Assembly (NCBI RefSeq): GCF_044704955.1
Contig: NC_091982.1
Coordinates: 196,850,001 to 196,914,000 of the forward strand
From: Pristiophorus japonicus
Lineage: Eukaryota
Direction of reading: 5' to 3'
Length of the DNA stretch: 64,000 nucleotides
Every line of letters begins with the position of its first letter. Position 1 is the stretch's first letter. Under the pieces are notes generated by a model. It did not search any database, was not told where the DNA came from, and saw nothing but the letters and a program-made list of their open reading frames with translations. Made by a program: the position numbers and the translations under genes. Shown in pieces: positions 1 through 11,800 of the stretch.

Positions 1-256
1 TTAATCAAAGAAGAAATAACACTTAAGTGAAGATAAGAAGTGACATTCAAAGAAGTTGACAGACATTCATGACAAGTACACATTAGGAGCAGAGGTGGAT
101 GCTCAGAAGCAGCTTTTTGCTGTGGAAAAAAGGTGTTTGGGATTACACTTGCGCTCCACTATCCGATTTCAAATATGATTGGCCTACTGTTAACTTTAAG
201 CGCCGTTACTTCTGAAAACAATTGTTTAACTGTTTTCTTACAAGTTCACTACAGAC

Positions 257-387
257 CTTGCATTTCTGTCAATTCTTCCATACTTCTCAGATCTTCATCG
301 GAGAATCCCAGAAAAGTTAGCACGCAGTCTTGAAGTGCAGACACTTTGAATTCATTTCGAAATGCTTCATCAGCAACATGGAAATCA
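257..387 (-). CDS. ECT2: ECT2 coding exon 8 (gene continues beyond the left edge of the window)
   Basis: ttttgtag|T GAT TTC...CAA G|gtctgt; encodes (I)DFHVADEAFRNEFKVSALQDCVLTFLGFSDEDLRSMEELTEMQ(G), matching human ECT2 DFYAAVDDFRNEFKVPPFQDCILSFLGFSDEEKTNMEEMTEMQG; phase 2 start matches the exon at 15910. Confidence 0.93.
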
Positions 388-1498
388 CTACAAAACAAAA
401 CTAACTGTTAATCCTCTACCAATGACCTTTGTAATGGAAATTTTGCACTTTTGAAAAAGGACTGCATATTTGGTTTTACCTCAATCTTTACTAAACTGGC
501 ACCAAACATTCTAGGTTTATAGATGAATCTACTCAATTGGCAAATTAAGAGAGATCTCCCATGGTTTAAACATAAAGAATTAGAGGTATTCAGTTATAAA
601 AGAAAAATATGTTGTATGATTCATGACAAGAGATCCCATAATCAAGTAATCAAAATTGCTACATTTTTCTGGAAGAGGAACAAACTGCAGAACAACAAAT
701 CTGGTACTAGAATTATTTTGAAATTAGAAGTACTTTGAAATAGCACCCTCTATCTTATACTGCTATCAATAAGTGCTCAAGATTGTTTAGCTTCCTCTCC
801 TTCAAGAGGATTCCCTTTGGCATCGGGTACCAGAATGTAAAAGTTGACCAACATTACATATCACAGAAAATCATTTATTAAAAGGGCAGATATTTTCTGG
901 AAATTCTCTCCAATACTATCAAGAGGCTGTTAACAGGACTGGCACACTTCACTCAGAAGAATTCTCTGACAGGGTATATCTTTTTTTTTTAAAAAGCAAA
1001 ATGGCAGCATTTAAAAATCTGCTTTGTATGTTAAAGTGCCCATTTTGAAGTGTTTTATAAAGTCATGTCCAACTATTATTCAAAAATATTCACAATTAAA
1101 ATTTTCTCAGCTTCGGTGTGATTACTTCACTATCTTTAACAATCAGCTATAGCATGATGCTGCTGCGGATAGAAATCTAAGATGTTAAGCCAATTATTGC
1201 AAATATGGGATTTTACAGCACGAATAGGATATCACATTGCACCTTTTGCCTCCCCTCATCATGTTCCCTGCACACCAAGCACAGAACTTAGTCTAAAACC
1301 GCCATAGCTTTCCCCATCCTCCAATTAATTTAGCCTTCTTTGCCAGTAATATCCAAGTCTACTGAGATATCCCTACTTTTTACCTGTGTCCCTATCAAAA
1401 CATAACTCAACAAGATTTTGCTTTACATAAAATATACAGCACAGAAACAGGCCATTCAGCCCAACGAGTAACATGCTGGTGTTTATACTCCACATAAG

Positions 1499-2993
1499 GG
1501 GCCCAAGTTTCGGCCTCAGTTGCTCCTGATTTTTTGGAGCAACTGGTGTAGAACGGAGTATCTTAGAAATTCAAATTCTCAGCATTTAGCTTGCTCCAGT
1601 TCTAGTCAGTTAGAACAGTTTCACTTTGGAACAGAATTTTTTTTTGCCAAAAGGGGGCATGTCCGGCCACTTACGCCTGTTTTCAAAGTTTTGACAGTGA
1701 AAACTTACTTCAAACTAACTTAGAATGGAGTAAGTGAAGATTTTTGTACAATCGAAAAAACCTTGTCTACACTTTAGAAAATCAGGCGTAGGTTATGGTG
1801 GGGGGGGGGGTTGTTTAAAGGGAAGTTTACAAACATTAAACACTTCAGTTTTACAAATAAAGAGCCACCATCAATAATAAATGATAAAAACATCAATCAA
1901 CCAATAAATCAGTCAAAAAAAATTAATAGGAAATAATTTTTTTTTAAATCCATAAATAAAACATTTTCTACTTACCGACTGCAGCACCGGGAGCCCTCCA
2001 ACAGCGTGCTGGAATGTACTTCCCCCCCCCCGTGTGAATGTTTCTGACAGGGAAGAGGAGAGGGAAGGGAGAGGGAGAGAGGAGAGGGAGAGGGAGAGGG
2101 AGAGAGGAGAGGGAAGAGGGAGAGAGGAGAGGGAAGGGAGAGAGGAGAGGGAAGGGAGAGAGGAGAGGGAAGGGAGAGAGGAGAGGGAAGGGAGAGAGGA
2201 GNNNNNNNNNNNNNNNNNNNNNNNNNNNNNNNNNNNNNNNNNNNNNNNNNNNNNNNNNNNNNNNNNNNNNNNNNNNNNNNNNNNNNNNNNNNNNNNNNNN
2301 NNNNNNNNNNNNNNNNNNNNNNNNNNNNNNNNNNNNNNNNNNNNNNNNNNNNNNNNNNNNNNNNNNNNNNNNNNNNNNNNNNNNNNNNNNNNNNNNNNNN
2401 NAGACTTCGGGCAGGGCCCGTCCCCAGCACCAGATTTACAGGTAGGTGGCGTTGGGTCGGGTCCGGGGTCGTCAGCGCCGGTCGGGTCGGGGGGAGCGCG
2501 GGTCGGGGTCGGGGTCGGGAGCGCGGGTCGGTTCGTGTCGGGGACGGGGGGATGGAGGGAGGTCGGGGAGCGCGGGTCGGGTCCAGTCCGGGAGGGGTCG
2601 GGGCCGGTTCGGTCCCGGGGCGGGTGGAAGCGGGAGCCGAGCCGAGTCGGTAGGAAGCAGGAGCTGGGCCTGGGAGGAACCTTATGCACGCAGCCCCAGT
2701 GAGGTCATTGGGCCAGGGCTAGGGGCTGCGCGCTTCGGGCCCCTCCCACACAGTTTTGGGCGCCTGGAGCTACTGCACATGCGCGCCCACTGTCGCGCGC
2801 ATGTGCAGAGGTCCCGGCACGGTTTTCAGCGCAGGGACCTAGTTCCGCCCCCTACAACTCGTGCTGCGCCACGCCGAGGGCCAGCAGGGAGCCAGAGAAT
2901 CTGGAAGTTTTTTTTAGACGCACTTTGTGGCGCGAAAAACGGGCGTCCAGGTCGGGGCTGCGCCGTTCTAGGCGCGGCCCGAAACTTGGGCCC
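1499..2993. mobile_element. Non-autonomous TIR DNA transposon (PIF/Harbinger-like)
   Basis: TIR GGGCCCAAGTTTCGG (1499-1513) / CCGAAACTTGGGCCC (2979-2993); 3-bp TSD AAG on both sides; same family as 44504-45619 in the opposite orientation. Confidence 0.8.
2050..2640. repeat. GA-rich 18-mer tandem repeat, 200-N assembly gap (2202-2401) and GGGTC-type repeats inside the TIR element
   Basis: (GAGAGGAGAGGGAAGGGA)n before the gap and (GGGTC/GGGGTC)n after it, seen directly. Confidence 0.85.
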
Positions 2994-4086
2994 AAGTTTC
3001 CTCCCATTGCATCTACCTCATCTCAGCCTTTCAGCATATCTTTCTATTCCCTTTTCTCCCATGTACTTACCTCGTTTATTTTTGAAAACATCCAAGCTAT
3101 TTGCCTCAATAACTTCCTGTGGTAACGAGTTCCACATTCTAAGCACTGAGTAAATAAATTTCTCCCTGTTCCCTATTGGATTTATGAGTAATGATCTTGT
3201 ATTTATAGACCCAAGTTTTGGTTCTCCCACAAGTAGAAACATTCTCTCCACATCTACCCTATCTAACCCATTCATAATTTTAAAGATCTCCATCAGGTCT
3301 CCCCCATAGAAAAAAAGTCTGAACCTGTTCAATCTTTCCTGATAGCTTAATTTCTCAGTTGAGTTCTGGCACCATCCTTGAAAATCTTTTTGGCACTTTC
3401 TATAGCATGGAGACCAGAATTATGTACAGTACTCAATGTGAGCCTGATCACAGTGAACATAATTTCAGTACTTTTGAATTCCATACCCTTGGAATTAAAT
3501 CCTAGTGCTTTATTAGCATTGTTAATTGCATTTCTGAACTGTGATGTTGCTTTTAATGATGTTTTTACCTGTAGATCCCTTTGTTCTTTTACCCCTTTCA
3601 GTTTCTTATTTCCCAAGGTGTTGATGTTGTTTCTATTTTTCCTACCAAAGTGCATCACCTCACATTTATTTATGTTGAAGTTCTGTTGCCGCTTAACAGT
3701 CCAGTCTGCAAGTTCTCTAATGCTTCTTTCTGGCTTCAATCATGTTGTATTCTTCCTTAGTATTAGCCAACGCTTGCCCAAGGTTTGGTATCACCTGCAA
3801 ATTCTGATAAAGCACCACACGGTAGGCGCATGACAATTTTCCTTTTGAGTTACTTATTCCAAATTATTAATGCAAATTATGAACATCAGTAGTCCCAGCA
3901 CGGATCCTTGTGGAACATCGCTTTCAGCCTTCCTCCAATCTGAATAAATACTCTTTACCCCTACTCTTGGCTTTCTATTTTTTTAAGCCAATTTGCTGTC
4001 CATTCAGCTATTTGTTCCCTGATTCCACATGACCTAACCTTGGTCATAAGCCTACCGTGAAGTATATTATCAAGGGCCATCCACTG

Positions 4087-4740
4087 CATGAAAAAGCTTA
4101 CAGGATCCTGGGCTTCATGGAGAGGTATAGAGTACAAAAGCATGAAAATGATGATGAAACAGTATAAAACACTGGTTCGGCCTCAACTGGAGCATTGTGT
4201 CCAATTCTGGGCACCGCACTTTAGGAAGGATGTGAAGGTCTTAGAGAGGGTGCAGAAAAGATTTATGAGAACAATTCCAGGGATGAGGGACTACAGTTAT
4301 GTGGATAGACTAGAGAAGCTGGGGTTGTTCTCCTCAGAGCAGAGAAGATTAAGAGGAGATTTGATATAAGTGTTTAAAATCATGAGGGGTCTGGACAGAG
4401 TACATGGACAGAAATGGTTCCCATTGGCAGAAAGGTCGAGAACCAGAGGTCACCGATTTAAGGTGATTGGCAAAAGAACCAAAGGCAACATGAGAAAAAC
4501 CTTTTTTTTTAAATAAACAGTGATTTGTTAGGATCTGGAATGCACTGCTTGAAAGAGTGGTGGAGGTAGACTCGTTCCCTGCCTTCAAAGGATAGTTCGA
4601 TAAGTACCTGAAAGAAAAATATTTGCAGGGCTACGGGAAAAGGGTGAGGCAGTGGAACTAGTTGAAGTGCTCTTGCAGAGAGCCAGCACGGGCTCGATGG
4701 GCCGAATGGGCTTCTTCCGTGCTGTAATCATTCTATGATT
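4087..4740 (+). mobile_element. CR1 LINE 3' fragment inserted in an older CR1
   Basis: ORF 4088-4369 YKTLVRPQLEHCVQFWAPH...RRLRGDLI; ends in the CR1 tail cattctatgatt. Confidence 0.85.
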
Positions 4741-4854
4741 ACCCTTGTCTACTCTTTCCATTACCTCTTTAAAGAATTACTTAAACATGACATAGCATTT
4801 CGGAATCCATGCTGACTATTTTTTGTTCTATTTTCTGTCTCTGGCTGCTCTATT

Positions 4855-5470
4855 GGTGCAGAAATCCCAGCCTCCCTGGGTCCATACTGAGTGCCGACGG
4901 ACCCGGGAAGGCATCGTAAAAGCCAGTTTGCAGCGCACAATGCATATCGGGTGGAAGGACATTTGCATGGGCAGGATTGCGGGATTTACCCATATCTTGC
5001 CCAGCAAATGTCCTCAAAGTTCTTGCGCATGATAAAAGCAGGCATACAGCATACTACAGGCGTAAGAGTTTAAAAACATACAAAAATATAATTAAATTAA
5101 CTTAAAAAAAAACACATTATTTTTAAAAACCCTGCCCACTACATTACATTTATTTTTAACTATAATTTTAAAAAAACATTAACTCAGAATTTTTTTTCTC
5201 TAAGGTATTTATTTATTAACTTGAATTATTATGAGGTGTTTTTTAAAAAAAAATTTATTATGTGTTTAGTGTTTGTTTTTTCCCCCTCTTTAATAGCAAT
5301 GAGAACTCGTAGATATGAAGTTCTCATTGCTATTAATGAGAAAGCTATGGAACACTATACCTAATTGGCTGAGCAGTCACACGTGACTGCACCTTCTGTG
5401 TGGGAACCTCGAGGACGGGAGCGCGCTTCACAGCGTGGGAAGAGAAGGCCTCCAGAGAGAATTCCAGAGG
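4855..5470. repeat. Fragment of a probable non-autonomous DNA-transposon-type repeat
   Basis: GC-rich end with an AT-rich homopolymer core, like the other TIR elements here; truncated by the CR1 at 5472; no TIR pair seen. Confidence 0.35.
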
Positions 5471-5471
5471 C

Positions 5472-7135
5472 TAACAACTCTGAGTGAAGAAGTTTCTCCT
5501 CATCTCGGTCCTAAATGGCTTACCCCTTATCCTTCGACTGTGACCCCAGGTTCTGGACTTCCCCAACATCGGGAACATTCTTCCTGCAGCTAACCTGTCC
5601 AGTCCCGTCAGAATTTTATATGTTTCTATGAGATCCCCTCTCATTCTTCTAAACTCCAGTGAATACAGACCCATTTGATCCAGTCTCTCCTCATGTGTCA
5701 GTCCCACCATCCTGGGAAATCAGTCTGGTGAACCTTCACTGCACTCCCTCAATAGCGAGAATGTCCTTCCTGAGATTAGGAGACCAAAACAGAACACAAT
5801 ATTCCAGGTGAGGCCTCACCAAGTCCCTGTATAATTGCATTAAGACCTCCATGCTCCTGTACTCAAATCTCCTAGCTAAGGCCAACATGCCATTTGCCTT
5901 CTTCACCACCTGCTGTACCTGCATTCCAACTTTCAATGACTGATGTACCATGATACCAAGGTCTCGTTGCACCTCCCCTTTTCCTAATCTGCCGCCATTC
6001 AGATAATATTCTGCCTTCATGTTTTTGCCACCAAAGTCGATAACCTCACATTTATCCACATTATACTGCATCTGCCATGCATTTGCCCACTCACCTAACC
6101 TGTCCAAGTCCTCCTGCAGCCTCCTAGCAGCTCACACCGCCACCCAACTTAGTGCCATCTGCAAACTTGGAGATATTACACTCAATTCCTTCATCTAAAT
6201 CCTTGATGTATATTGTAAATAGCTGGGGTCCCAGCACGGAGCCCTGCCGCACCCCACTAGTCATTGCTTGCCATTCTGCAAAGGACCTGTTTATCCCAAC
6301 TCTCTGCTTCCTGTCTGCCAACCAGTTCTCTATCCATGTCAATACATTACCCCCAATACCATGTGCTTTAATTTTGCACATCAATCTCATGTGGGACCTT
6401 GTCAAAGGCCTTTTGAAAGTCCAAATACACCACATCCACTGGTTCTCCCTTGTCCACACTACGAGTTACATCCTCAAAAAATTGTAGAAGATTTGGCAAG
6501 CATGATTTCCCTTTCATAAATCCATGCTGACTTGGATCGATCCGGTCACTGCTTTCCAAATGAGCTGCTATTTCATCTTTAATAATTGATTCCAACATTT
6601 CCCCCACTACTGATGTCAGGCTAACCAGTCTATAATTAGCTGTTTTCTCTCTCCCTCCCTTTTTAAAAAGTGGTGTTACATTTGCTACCCTCCAGTCCAT
6701 AGGAACTGATCCAGAGTCGATAGACTGTTGGAAAATGATCACCAATGCATCCACTATTTTTCTAGGGCCACTTAAGTACTCTGGGATGCAGACTATCAGG
6801 CCCTGGGAATTTATCGGCCTTCAATCCCATCAATTTCCCTAACACAATTTCCTGACTAATAGGGATTTCCTTCAGTTCCTCCTTCTCGCTAGACCCTCAG
6901 TCCCCCAATATTTCAGGAAGATTATATATGTGTCTTCCTTTGTGAAGACAGAACCAAAGTATTCGTTCAATTGGTCTGCCATTTATTTGTTCCCAGTTAT
7001 AAATTCACCTGATTTTGACTGCAAGGGACCTACGTTTGTCTTCACTAATATTTTTCTCTTCGCATATCTATGGAAGCTTTTGCAGTCAATTTTTGTGTTT
7101 CCAGCAAGCTTCCTCTCATACTCTATTTTTCCCCT
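5472..7135 (-). mobile_element. CR1 LINE ORF2 (RT) fragment, frameshifted
   Basis: ORFs 5471-5710, 5736-6107, 6124-6459 and 6368-6754 with YLDFQKAFDKVPH, QGSVLGPQLFTIYI, KFADGTKL; close paralog of 51823-53636. Confidence 0.92.
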
Positions 7136-7340
7136 CGTTTCTTTGATTATACGTGGGTGCATACCACCCGGACATGCGGTTTTTTCTTCTTTTAGTTTTG
7201 CTAGTTTGTCAATTATTTTCTTCCTATCGATCCCAACTGTATTAATATTCTTTTTAAGCTCATCCTCTAGTGAAGTATCTATTTCATTATCTTCTTTTGT
7301 AAAAAATTAGGTCAAGTAGTTATTCAATACTACTGCCATT

Positions 7341-8343
7341 GGGCTCAATTTTGGCTAGGAGATGCTCCGGTTTTTTTGGGGAGTAGGCTGCTTTTTCTGG
7401 TCTGACTTAAAAATCCCCAGTTTCCCCAATCAACTCACTTAGTTACGTTTTTTTTTAAGGTTAGTTTTTTTTTCTCAAAAGGGGGCATTACCAGCCACCT
7501 ACGTCAGTTCTGGCCATTTAGGCAACTTTGGCCAGCTAATAGTTACTCCATTTCTACTTAGGCCAGTGTATGTGGCCACTTCAGAAAACCGCTGCGGAGA
7601 GTTAAAGAAATCGACGCAGGCAAGTACATCGGAGGCCATTCGGCCTGGGATAGGGGCGGGATGCGGAGAGGACCTGGATCTGAACCAACCGAGCCTTAGG
7701 GAACAGACTTGCGAAACCATCCTGGAATACTGCGTGCAGTTTTGGTTTCCATATTTACGAAAGGATATACTTGCTTTGGAGGCAGTTCAGAGAAGGTTCA
7801 CCAGGTTGATTCCGGGGATGAGAGGGTTGACTTATGAAGAAAGGCTGAGTAGGTTGGGCCTCTACTCATTGGAATTCAGAAGAATGAGAGGTGATCTTAT
7901 TGAAACATATAAGATTATGAGGGGGCTTGACAAGGTGGGTGAAGAGAGGGTGTTTCCACTAATGGGGGAAGACTAGAACTACAGGGTATGATCTTAGAAT
8001 AAGGGGCCGCCCATTTAAAACAGGGATGAAGAGAAATTTCTTCTCAGAGGATTGTAAGTCTGTGGAATTTGCTGCCTCAGAGAGCTGTGGAAGCTGGGAC
8101 ATTGAATAAATTTAAGACAGAAATAGACAGTTTCTTAAACGATAAGGGGATAAGGGGTTATGGAGAGCGGGTGGGGAAGTGGAGCTGAGTCCATGATCAG
8201 ATCAGCCATGATCTTATTGAATGGCGCAGCAGGCTCGAGGGCCTTATGGCCCACTCCTGTTCCAATTTCTTATGTTCTTATATACTTATCCGAGTTGCAC
8301 CGCTTAAGTACGCCGAAAAACGGGCTCGGCCAAAATCTACCCC
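7341..8343. mobile_element. Harbinger-like non-autonomous TIR element with a nested CR1
   Basis: Left end GGGCTCAATTTTGGC, right end GCCAAAATCTACCCC (12/15 inverted match); flanks ATT/ATG; left arm similar to 47325-47600. Confidence 0.6.
7720..8282 (+). mobile_element. CR1 LINE 3' fragment
   Basis: LEYCVQFWFPYLRKDILALEAVQRRFTRLIPG...RRMRGDLIETYKIM; tail ttcttatgttctta. Confidence 0.88.
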
Positions 8344-8809
8344 ATGATCTGGGAGTTTAACCGTGCTCATCCTTTGGTGGCCCTATCCCTACTTTAATTT
8401 TCCTTTTGCTACTTATGTGCCTAAACACTTACTTGTTTTTATATTTGTATATAATTTCTCTTTGCCTGCCTTTTGGTTTTTAAATTCTTCATATTTCTTT
8501 TTATCCTCGTCTGCTTTAGAATTCAAGAACTACTTCTTATGTCTTTTTCTTATGATTCACTTTTCCCTTTAGTTCTTTATTCATCCGCGGTGTCCCATAA
8601 TGAGCTTGTTTGTTTTTGGCTTTTAGTGGAATAAATTGCTCTTGAACTCTATTGATTACCCTTTTAAAGATTCCCCACTGTGTTTCTGTCTTTGTTTTTC
8701 AAGACTTTATCCCAGGTTTACCTTCTTCAGTTTTACCCTCATTGCCTCATAATACTTGTGCCACTCTTGAACCATACTATTTTGTTATCACTACTAAGAT
8801 ACTCTCACC

Positions 8810-11800
8810 ACCTCAATGAAGGGCGCTGCTCAGCGCCGAGCTTACGACTCGCACCCCGCAGTTGGCAACTTAGCACATGCAGCAGTGCCGGGTCTCCAGT
8901 CGTCTTGGTCCCCCTTGCCACTGGACCGAGACCTTGCTTTGCTAAGCCAGTGTGGTAGCCGGTGTGCAACGGTCACTCCACGTTAAAAGAACTCACGCGC
9001 ATGCATCTTCCACTCTTCAAAATGAAGTTCGGGACCTGGAACCCTCATGGACACTCACTCATCTCAGAGGCAGTCCCTTGGGATCGAGGAAGACTTGCTT
9101 CCACTCCCAAAGTGAGTTCTTTGATGGCTGAACAGTCCAAGAGAGCCACAGACCCCGTTACAAGAGGGACAGACATTCGTCAGGGGAAGGGGTCGGTCGG
9201 GCTGGTTTGCTGCGCGCTCCTTCCGCTGCCTGCGCCTGGCCTCTTCATGTTCCTTGCGTCGAGACTAAAAGAGCTCAACGCCCTCCTGGATGGACTTTCT
9301 CCACCTCGGGCGGTCTGCAGCCAGGGTCTCCCAGGTGTCATTGATGATGTCGCACTTTACCAGGGAGGCTTTGAGGGTGTCCTTATAATGTTTCCGCTGT
9401 CCTCCTTTGGCTCGTTTACCATGAAGGAGCTCCGCATAAAGCATTTGCTTAGGGAGTCTCGTATCTGGCATCCGTACTATGTGGCCTGCCCAGCGAAGCT
9501 GATCGAGTGTGGTCAGTGCTTCAATACTGGGGATGTTAGCCTGGTCGAGGACACTGATATTGGTGCACTTATCCTCCCAGGAGATTTGCAGGATCTTGCG
9601 GCGACATCGTTGGTGATATATCTCCAGCGACTCGAGGTGCCTTCTATACATCGTCCATGCCTCAGACCCTTACAGGAGGGCGGGTATTACTACAGCCCTA
9701 TAGACCATGAGTTTGGTGGTAGATTTGAGGGCCTGGTCTTCAAACACTTATCCGCAGGCGGCCATAAGCTGCGCTGGCGCACTGGAGGCGATGCTAAATC
9801 TCCGCATTAATGTCTGCCTTTGTTGATAAGAGGCCCCCGGGATATGGGAAATGGTCCACATTATCCAGGGCCGCGCCATAGATCTTGCTGATTGGAGGGC
9901 AGTGCTGTGCGGCGGTGACAGGTTGAAGGAGGACCTTTGATTACCGATGCTAAGCGAAAGGCCCATACTTTCATATGCTTCAGTGAATACATTGACTATA
10001 TCCTGGAGTTCAGCTTCTGAATGTGCACAGAGACAGGCATCGTCCGCATACTGCAACTCAATGACAGAGGTTGGGGTGATCTTGGACCTGGCCTGGAGGC
10101 GGCGTGGGTTAAACAGCTTCCCACTGGTTCTGTAGTTTAATTCCACTCCAGCGGAGAGCTTGTTGATTGTGAGGTGGAGCATGGCAGCGAGGAAGATTGA
10201 GAAGAGGGTTGGGGCGATGACACAGCCCTGTTTGACCCCAGTCCGGACGTGGATTGGTGTCCTTGATGAGGGTTTCCCCATTCTTGGCCAGGAGTGGGGT
10301 GGGGCCATGGGAGTTTGGACCGTAGGTGGCCTTGACTGCAGTGGAGAATCCTCGCATATCGTGGCTGTCGGCCAGTTGTTGTATCTCCTGTGCTTTCTCC
10401 ATCCACCACCTGTTCTTTAGGTCCCAAGTTTTTTGTTGGACCTGAGCCTTGAGCCGTCTGTAATGTTGTTTTGCAGCTCCAGAGTTGGGCTGTTGCTTGA
10501 GGCTCAGAAATGCTTTGAGTTTGCGATCTATTAGTTCTTCGATCTCCTGATCATTTTCATCAAACCAGTCCTGATGTTTTCTGGTTGAGTGACCAAGTGT
10601 CTCTTCACAGGCACTGGTTATAGAGGCCTGGAGGGCAGACCAAGCACTATGGGGATTCAGCATCTCAGGGTCATCAAGGCACGCCAGATTGGCTGTGAGG
10701 TGCTGGCTGTATAGGGCTCTCTTAGCTGGGTCTCCAAGTGCCCCGGAATTAACTTTTTTGCGGAACTGCTTCTGCTGTCCCCTCTGCTTTGGGGCAATGT
10801 TAATGTTGATGATGGATCGGATTAGGCAGTGGTTCATCCAGCAGTCGTCAGCTCCTGTCCTAGCGCGGGTGATGCGCTAATCCTTGCGATCCCTGGCTCG
10901 ATGACAAAGTCAAGCAGGTGCCAGTGTTTGGAGCAAGGGTGTTGCCACGATGCCTTGTATTTGTCCCGGAATAGGGTGTTGGTAATGAGGAGTTCATGTT
11001 CTAGACATTTTGTCAGGAGTAGGGCACCGTTGGAATTGGCTTTCCCTACCCACTCTCTGCCAATCACGCCTCCCCAGAGGGCTGTGTCTGTGCCTGGCAT
11101 TAAAATCACCCAGGAGGATCAATTTGTCGCCCATGGGGACACGGGACAAGGATGTCTCGAGGTTGGAATAAAAACCCTCTTTAGCCTCATCCATTGCATC
11201 GAGTGTGGGGGCATATGCACTGATGACTGTGGCACTTTGATTCTGAGATAGGGTGATACGGAGAGTCACGAGGCGTTCGTTGACCAAACAGGGGGAGTCT
11301 GAGGTGGTCGACCAGCTCATTCTGGACGGCAAAGCCGACTCCATGAAGGTACCGTTCTCCCTCTGGTTTCCCTTTCCAGAAGGTGGTGTAACCTCCACCA
11401 TGTTCCTTCAACTGATCTTCCCCTGCCCGCCGGGTCTCGCTTCGGGTGGAGATATCAAAACGTCGGAGTTCCCGGACAACTATGACGGTGCGGCGTTCCG
11501 GCCTGTTGCTGTTGGGATTGTCCATGAGGATCCTGACGTTCCCGGTCCCGAACTTCATACTGACGGAGTGGAAGATGCCTGTGCGGGAGTTCTTTTAACG
11601 TGGGGTGGCCGCTGCACACCGGCAACCATACAGGCTTAGCTGAACAAGGTCTTAGTCCAGTGGCAAGGGGGTCCAAGACAACTGGAGACCAGGCACAGCT
11701 CGATAAGCCTAATTGCCTACGGTGAAGTGTTGGCCGCAAGCTCGGTGCAGGGTAGCACCATTGATGGTAGATGGCCCGAGGCTAGGTTGAGGGGGAAGGC

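Larger units (their letters stand above)
1425..4080 (-). mobile_element. Decayed CR1 LINE 3' part, split by the TIR element at 1499-2993
   Basis: ORF fragments 3018-3332, 3347-3739 and 3961-4143 carry CR1 ORF2 C-terminal motifs (NINKCEVMHFGRKN, GDLMEIFKIMNG, WNSLPQEVIEA); the CR1 3' end at ~1425-1498 rejoins 2994 once the insert is removed. Confidence 0.8.

Noticed and set aside
1-256. Next ECT2 exon (GGKYLPLGDERCTHLVV-like)
   Set aside because: No matching translation on the minus strand; it presumably lies beyond the window
2981-3000. Perfect 20-bp palindrome GAAACTTGGGCCCAAGTTTC
   Set aside because: Explained by the self-complementary TIR end plus the AAG TSD and flanking CR1 bases; not an independent element
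1913-3153. Long ORFs of 135-258 aa spanning or next to the N gap
   Set aside because: Produced by low-complexity GA/GC repeats and Ns inside a non-autonomous transposon; no protein-like content
8962-9810. 282-aa plus-strand ORF
   Set aside because: RTE start fused to the antisense strand of the nested RTE; open antisense frames occur in the other RTE copies here too
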